Positions 58,260 through 64,000 of a stretch of 64,000 bases of DNA are shown piece by piece. Source of the DNA: Octopus sinensis (Eukaryota); the NCBI RefSeq assembly GCF_006345805.1, contig NC_042999.1:52266001-52330000 (forward strand). Direction: 5' to 3'. Within the stretch, counting starts at the first letter, position 1. Every line of letters starts with the position of its first letter. The position numbers and the translations under genes are program-made. The notes under the pieces are model-generated. The model searched no databases. It saw only the letters and a list, made by a program, of their open reading frames with translations, and was not told the DNA's origin.

Positions 58260-61211
58260 TAAGTATATGTGTCGATTTATTTTCTGTTATCTTCCGAGGG
58301 TCTATTAAAATCCAGCAGTGAATCATTCCAATACAGATATTCCATTTGATAAACATCTAACGAGAAACTAAAGACTATTGGATATTATAATATTAATCTT
58401 AAAGATTTGGCTATATTAATGTTTAATATAAAAAATCAATATGTACATATATGCTCTATATATATATATATATGTGTGTGTGTATGTGTGTGTGTGTGTG
58501 TGTTTGTATGTATGTGTGTGTATTTATATACATATATATCTATATACTATATATTTTTCAGTGAAGGTAACCCAGGCACCTATTTCAGAGATGTCTCTTC
58601 AATAATAACATCGCCTAACGTTGGAGGAAAGAGACATTAATATTGCTTAATCTCGTGTAATTAGGCAAATAATAACACTTGAGATATTTTACATATGGGC
58701 TGATTGACATTTTCTGAATCGTTACGTATGATAAAATCTCTGTGAGCCATGTGTAAATATTCTGTAAACTATGGTAAATCAATGGTAGTTCTCCGTGAAG
58801 TTAGGTGAAATGTTAAGTTCTCTGTGAATGCAGATATAATGCTCAGTCTTTAATGAACCATGTCGAATTAGTGAGTTTTCTTGGAAATTATAATATAACG
58901 GTATATTTTCTGTGGCCTCTGGTATAAATACAAAATACTCTCTGGATCCTAGAACAATGGCTAGTTCTCTATAATCATTGAAGATATTCTGTGTGTCTTG
59001 ATGAAGTGGTAAGACTCTGTGACCCCTTGTTTGGGGATTAATCTCCTCGTATAGTGATCAATCCACTGTAAAGCATCGAGTGATGCTAAACGCAAAAGTT
59101 TTTGCCAATTAGTTCAGAACTTGACACATAAGATGTAATGGCTAGATTGGCTATTTGGGCTTCTGTCATAAAATATTGAATTTCGGTGTAGTTGATGCAA
59201 ATCAATAATTCAAGAGAGAAGTAAACGGCCAAGAAGGAGGCGAACAAGAATCAGTCATACAACAGTCTTCGGCCTTTATATTCTCCATTTAGTTCTTGAT
59301 GATCATAAATCCACTTTGGCATCTCAAATGTCCACAATATGACAACAAGTTATATAATGGGGTCAGTAAATTAAGAATTAGCGATAGATTGATTTAATTT
59401 GTTATATTCCATATTCTTTAAATATACCCTTATCAAATATACCATTATTCATCTAATCAGTGTGGAAATAGTAGATATTGATTAGAGTTAAGTCCTGGGG
59501 TGGATAATGGTATTCATATTAGTAAATTAGTTGTGCTGATATTGATAACTAACTTGAACTGTTTCATCTGCTGATAATAAGCTAGGCTTGCTATCAAACA
59601 GCAACTACAGTAGCTGATGTCGTGTGGGTTTGAACAAGAAAATCGAAGTCAGGTGTAGTGCGACAAATAATATTTGCATACCTAACCATAGATTAAATTA
59701 TACAAACATTAGAATATAGGGAGAAATAGTTTGCTTTAAACAGAATCTAATTCATTGAGAGATTTGATGTTGACATAAAATCAATGGGAATGTAAACACG
59801 GTGTTGGAATAGTGAAGTAAATTGAGCAATTTATTGTGATTTATTATGATTTAATCGATGTCCCGATGTTCTTAAAGGTAGCTCCCTACTTTTGTAGTAG
59901 TTTCCTAGGGATGGGTGGCTTGTGATAGTAAACATCACACCTTCAACACCTTTAGTTTAATGAAAACTATGGGATTGCCTGATTTTGTACTTATAGAGCA
60001 AAATGCTATCCTCCATTGCGCAGTTGTTGATATAATCGATTGTGAGTTCAAATCCTGCTGCAGTCAATTTTGTTATCTTTCCAGAGTTGACAAAATATTT
60101 CTAAGTGATATGCTGGAGCCTATTTCATGAACGAGATTTCACCCCTATTTTTACAGATTTTCCTCGACATCAGATATCAAGAACAAGTTACTGTCAGGAT
60201 GTAGAAATATTAGTTTAAAATTTTGCACAATGCCAGTAATTTTTTTGTGGGTGAGGAAAGGCTAAGTCAATTACTCCATAGTTAATTAAACGCTTAGCAT
60301 CAAGCGCCAAAATCCTGCGCTCAAAGATCTCTGCTCAGTTATCAATGTAATACATCAATATTAAGAAATGTTGTTGACTGACAACTTCTAAAGGTTGTAG
60401 GTTTGTTTACATTCCCAGTAGAATTAATTCCCTTCTTCATTCACATCATTAGCAGTTTAATAAATACTGCACAGGCCTATTCACCTTTGCTTTAATTATA
60501 CTGGACCAAAGCAGAAACACCAGTAGAGGGAGTGATTCGTCACAAAGAAATAATAATCGTACACTGTGAGCTCAGACTGTTTCACGTTCAGAAAAGATTA
60601 TTTTTGATCGAACAACCATTGAGAAGACCAAATACAAAACTAGCCATTTCAACGTATCCTTCATATCAAAGTTAAGAGTCATAGAATAATGGGATTTACT
60701 TTTCGAAAGATATTTGAATTTATCAGATTAATAATTATGTAGTTAAACATGAGGTTTTATGAAGCAAGTGGGCTGGAATAAATAAACAAAAATGTATTAG
60801 CCGCTTTTCAATGTATATATCTTAAACTAATGGCGTCTTTCTAGAGAAACGAAATGGTAAAATAAGTATTTTAATGTGCGGTGAGTTTCTGCAGCTAAAG
60901 CGATTTTACTTTGTTTATGCCACTTAAAACAGGATAAACATCGCGACCTCTCATTTCTTCTTCATGGGTCAATCCTATGTAAAAAATATTCATATTAACA
61001 TTGACAGCCTTATTATTCTCGCAGAAGCTTTTGTTGTACGAAAATGGTAGAGCAATCATAACGTTCCACCTGAGGGCAAACCAATTGTCACAACTTGTAG
61101 TTACCTTCAAACTTACTCGTATTGCCCACTTTTTTAACTTTCACCCTTCCTCTCTACCGCTTGTTACTTGGTCCAATGAGTATCTCACAACAAAAGCAAA
61201 ATCTGACAACA

Positions 61212-61600
61212 TTCTTTTCTACGCTGGGCACAATCCACGAAATTTTGGAGGAGGGGGGCCAGACAATTAGATCGACCCCAGTACGTAACTGGTGTTTAAT
61301 TTATCTACCCCGAATAAATGAAAGACAAAATCGACCTCGGTGGAATTTGAAATCAGAACGTAGTGGCAGACGAAATACCTCTTTCTTTACTACCCACAAG
61401 GGGCTACACACAGAGAGGACAAACAAGGACAGACAAATGGATTAAGTCGATTATATCGACACCAGTGCGTAACTGGTACTTAATTTATCGACCCCGAAAG
61501 GGTGAAAGGCAAAGTCGACCTCGGCGGAATTTGAACTCAGAACGTAAAGATACGTGAAATACCGCCAGGCGTCCTAACGTTTCTGCCAGCTCGCCGCCTT
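61212..61600 (-). mobile_element. Family B SINE dimer (two tail subtypes)
   Basis: Two GTCGACCTCGG.GGAATTTGAA-type bodies; flanking TCTGACAACATT direct repeats. Confidence 0.82.
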
Positions 61601-61847
61601 AAAAATTCTGACAACATTGTAGCCTCAGGTATGGTTAATCGCAATAGTTCAACATTCTCCTAGTAGAACATATTTTAGTCCAAGAGTTTAGAATTTTTAC
61701 GAGAGCTACACTAAGGAATTATGAACTCCTTGACGTTCCGTTGGTCATTAAGCACAGAAATGGAGTATGAGTATCACAATCAGGATAAAATTTCAGTCTG
61801 CAGTCTCATCTGACCTCTCGTTATTTCAGTACTGTTCAATGAAGACG

Positions 61848-62108
61848 CGTCGCTCGGTAGTTAAGATATCCGGTTCATGATTGTATGGTTGTGTGTTCGA
61901 TTCACGGCAACACGTTGTTCAAGTCCACCCAGCTGGAAAAAATTGAGTTGTACCTGTATTCTGTGTCATGCTGAATCCACCCGAAAGTTACATCAATGGT
62001 TCGCGTGTTTGTGGAGTGCTCAGCCACTTGCACATTGATTTCACGAGCAAGCTGTTCTGTTGAGTGGATCAACTGGAACACGCGTCGTCGTAACCGACGG
62101 AGACCCAC
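61848..62108 (+). mobile_element. Decayed tRNA-derived SINE (family A-like)
   Basis: GTTCGATTC B box followed by CACGTTGTTCAAGTCCACCCAGCTGG. Confidence 0.6.
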
Positions 62109-62400
62109 TGCAGTTCATAAAGGCTGCTCGATATTCCACATGGAATATCTGTCTACTTAACGTCACTCTTTAATGTTACAACATATCCTCTGTGGCTTAT
62201 CCATTTTTTTTTTATTTTGAATTAGAATGACATATTTAAACAGAAGAAATCTGGATGCGTTTCTCAATTGAAATCTCTCCCATCTAAATTGGTTGATAAA
62301 CCCTTTATTGGTTTCATAAATAGCCACTGTTTATATAACTGCCAACCTTAAGCTAATCGATAAATCGTGTGTGTGAGTGTGTGTGTATACACACAAACAC

Positions 62401-62473
<73 letters not shown>

Positions 62474-64000
62474 TATATAATTGCACTTTGCTCCATCATC
62501 TGACTCACAATATTTTCTCAGACATTCTATCGTTGCATGACGATTGCAATTGGATTTCTGATGTTTTGTGGTGTGACAATCGATTTTCTTGTTGTTTCGT
62601 ATCTTTTTTTTTATTTTTGGTATTTTATTTGTCTTTTGTTGTCGAAGGATTAAAGGTAATTTATTCTATGAATATCAAATAGAACACAAGATTTCAAAGT
62701 GACAATTTATTCAACGATTAGAAAGTAAAACAACAACCAAAACGGCCAAAACCATTATAGTTCTTCTAGGAAAGAATCGAATCTTAATTTTGTAAGAAGA
62801 GAAAATAAGATCTTTTATATGTTTTAGCGATTTCTTTCTGTCCAGATGAACAGCGTTTCGCTTGCCTTAGATTGAGTCTTGCTTTTATACAGTCTCTGTT
62901 GAATTAAAATCATCTTTGAATGTATGGGCTTGGGTGGGGTGGTAATTAGGTTTTAGTTCGGGTTGTTATGGAAAAGTGTTTTAGAAAATTAGGATTATGT
63001 TATTGTTTAGAATTTAACCATGCGTATAGAATATTTTCGAACAGCTAAACTTGTTAATAACTCACCAATTCCAATCCAACTACCTACACCATAAAGCATC
63101 CCCATTACATAAAAAATAAACACTATTGAAGCTTCACACTTTTACACTAAACAAGTACTCTAGAAATAAGCTAAAACTGCCCCTATCTCCAACTAAAATC
63201 ACCACAAAAGATTGCCTAATAGAACTACACAAACCTACATACACACACACACACGCATAAACCGTATACTTGTATACAAGCAAACTGAAAAAACTTTTCT
63301 TATGTCTTTTTTAAAAATATATTTTTGTTCCCATTTTTGTACAAGAATATATGCACACCTTCTATATCAATCCTACATAAACGTATATGTAGAATAGAAT
63401 TTTGAAGGAAACACTAAACAAACCCCACCTCCCTATATACTAACCAAATTATGAACCTACAACCTCAACTTTTTATGGATATCAAAGCACATGAGAAACA
63501 ATTTTCTAAACTAACAAGACCATGACATGTCTGAAAATAACCCCGACCTTAGAAATGGAAACAACAAATACTCTAAATCACAACAACAACAAGTAAATGA
63601 ACAACCCTCCTAAACTTACCCCTTACCTATACTATTTCGTGAAATAAAGCTGAAACATCTTAAATACTGAACTTTGTACCTTTGACCTTTACACTGATTA
63701 AATTCAATAATACAAAAACACTCTTCGTACCTATCAAGCAAACGAGAAACACCTACAGGCTTGTTTACAAAGTTCTACATTCATGAATAAATTCTAAGCA
63801 AGATACAAATTTAATCAAAGTCTTTTTTTTCTTTTTCCAAAATACCTTTCCATAACAACCGACCATAAAAACCCTAATTGCCATCCCTCTCAGACCCACA
63901 CATCCAAAGAAAATTTTTAACTCAACAGAGATTATAAAAAGGCAAGACTTCCCCTTCGTGTATAATATTAACACACACATATAATATATATAGTTATATA

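Overview
AT-rich, microsatellite-dense animal genomic DNA. The tRNA-derived SINE families look like those of octopus/coleoid cephalopods (inference). I find one host gene: a complete aromatic-L-amino-acid (DOPA) decarboxylase, DDC/AADC, on the minus strand. It has 12 coding exons (51146 to 18052; 1458 nt, 485 aa), all introns GT-AG, and K303, H192, D271, Y332 and G354 in exact human register. The rest is repeats: a 44-bp satellite array with a fold-back junction at the window start, a Neptune-type Penelope element, Tx1-, CR1- and Dong/R4-type LINE fragments, many SINEs, non-autonomous Helitrons and a solo LTR. The most notable unexplained structure is a set of about a dozen type I hammerhead-ribozyme (HHR) motifs, several paired with an inverted partial duplicate. 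The best case is an ORF-less, apparently young 483-bp tandem unit with two intact HHRs in the first coding intron of DDC, a retrozyme-like candidate source of a 483-nt (circular) RNA. Everything was read by eye; no alignment, folding or database search was run.
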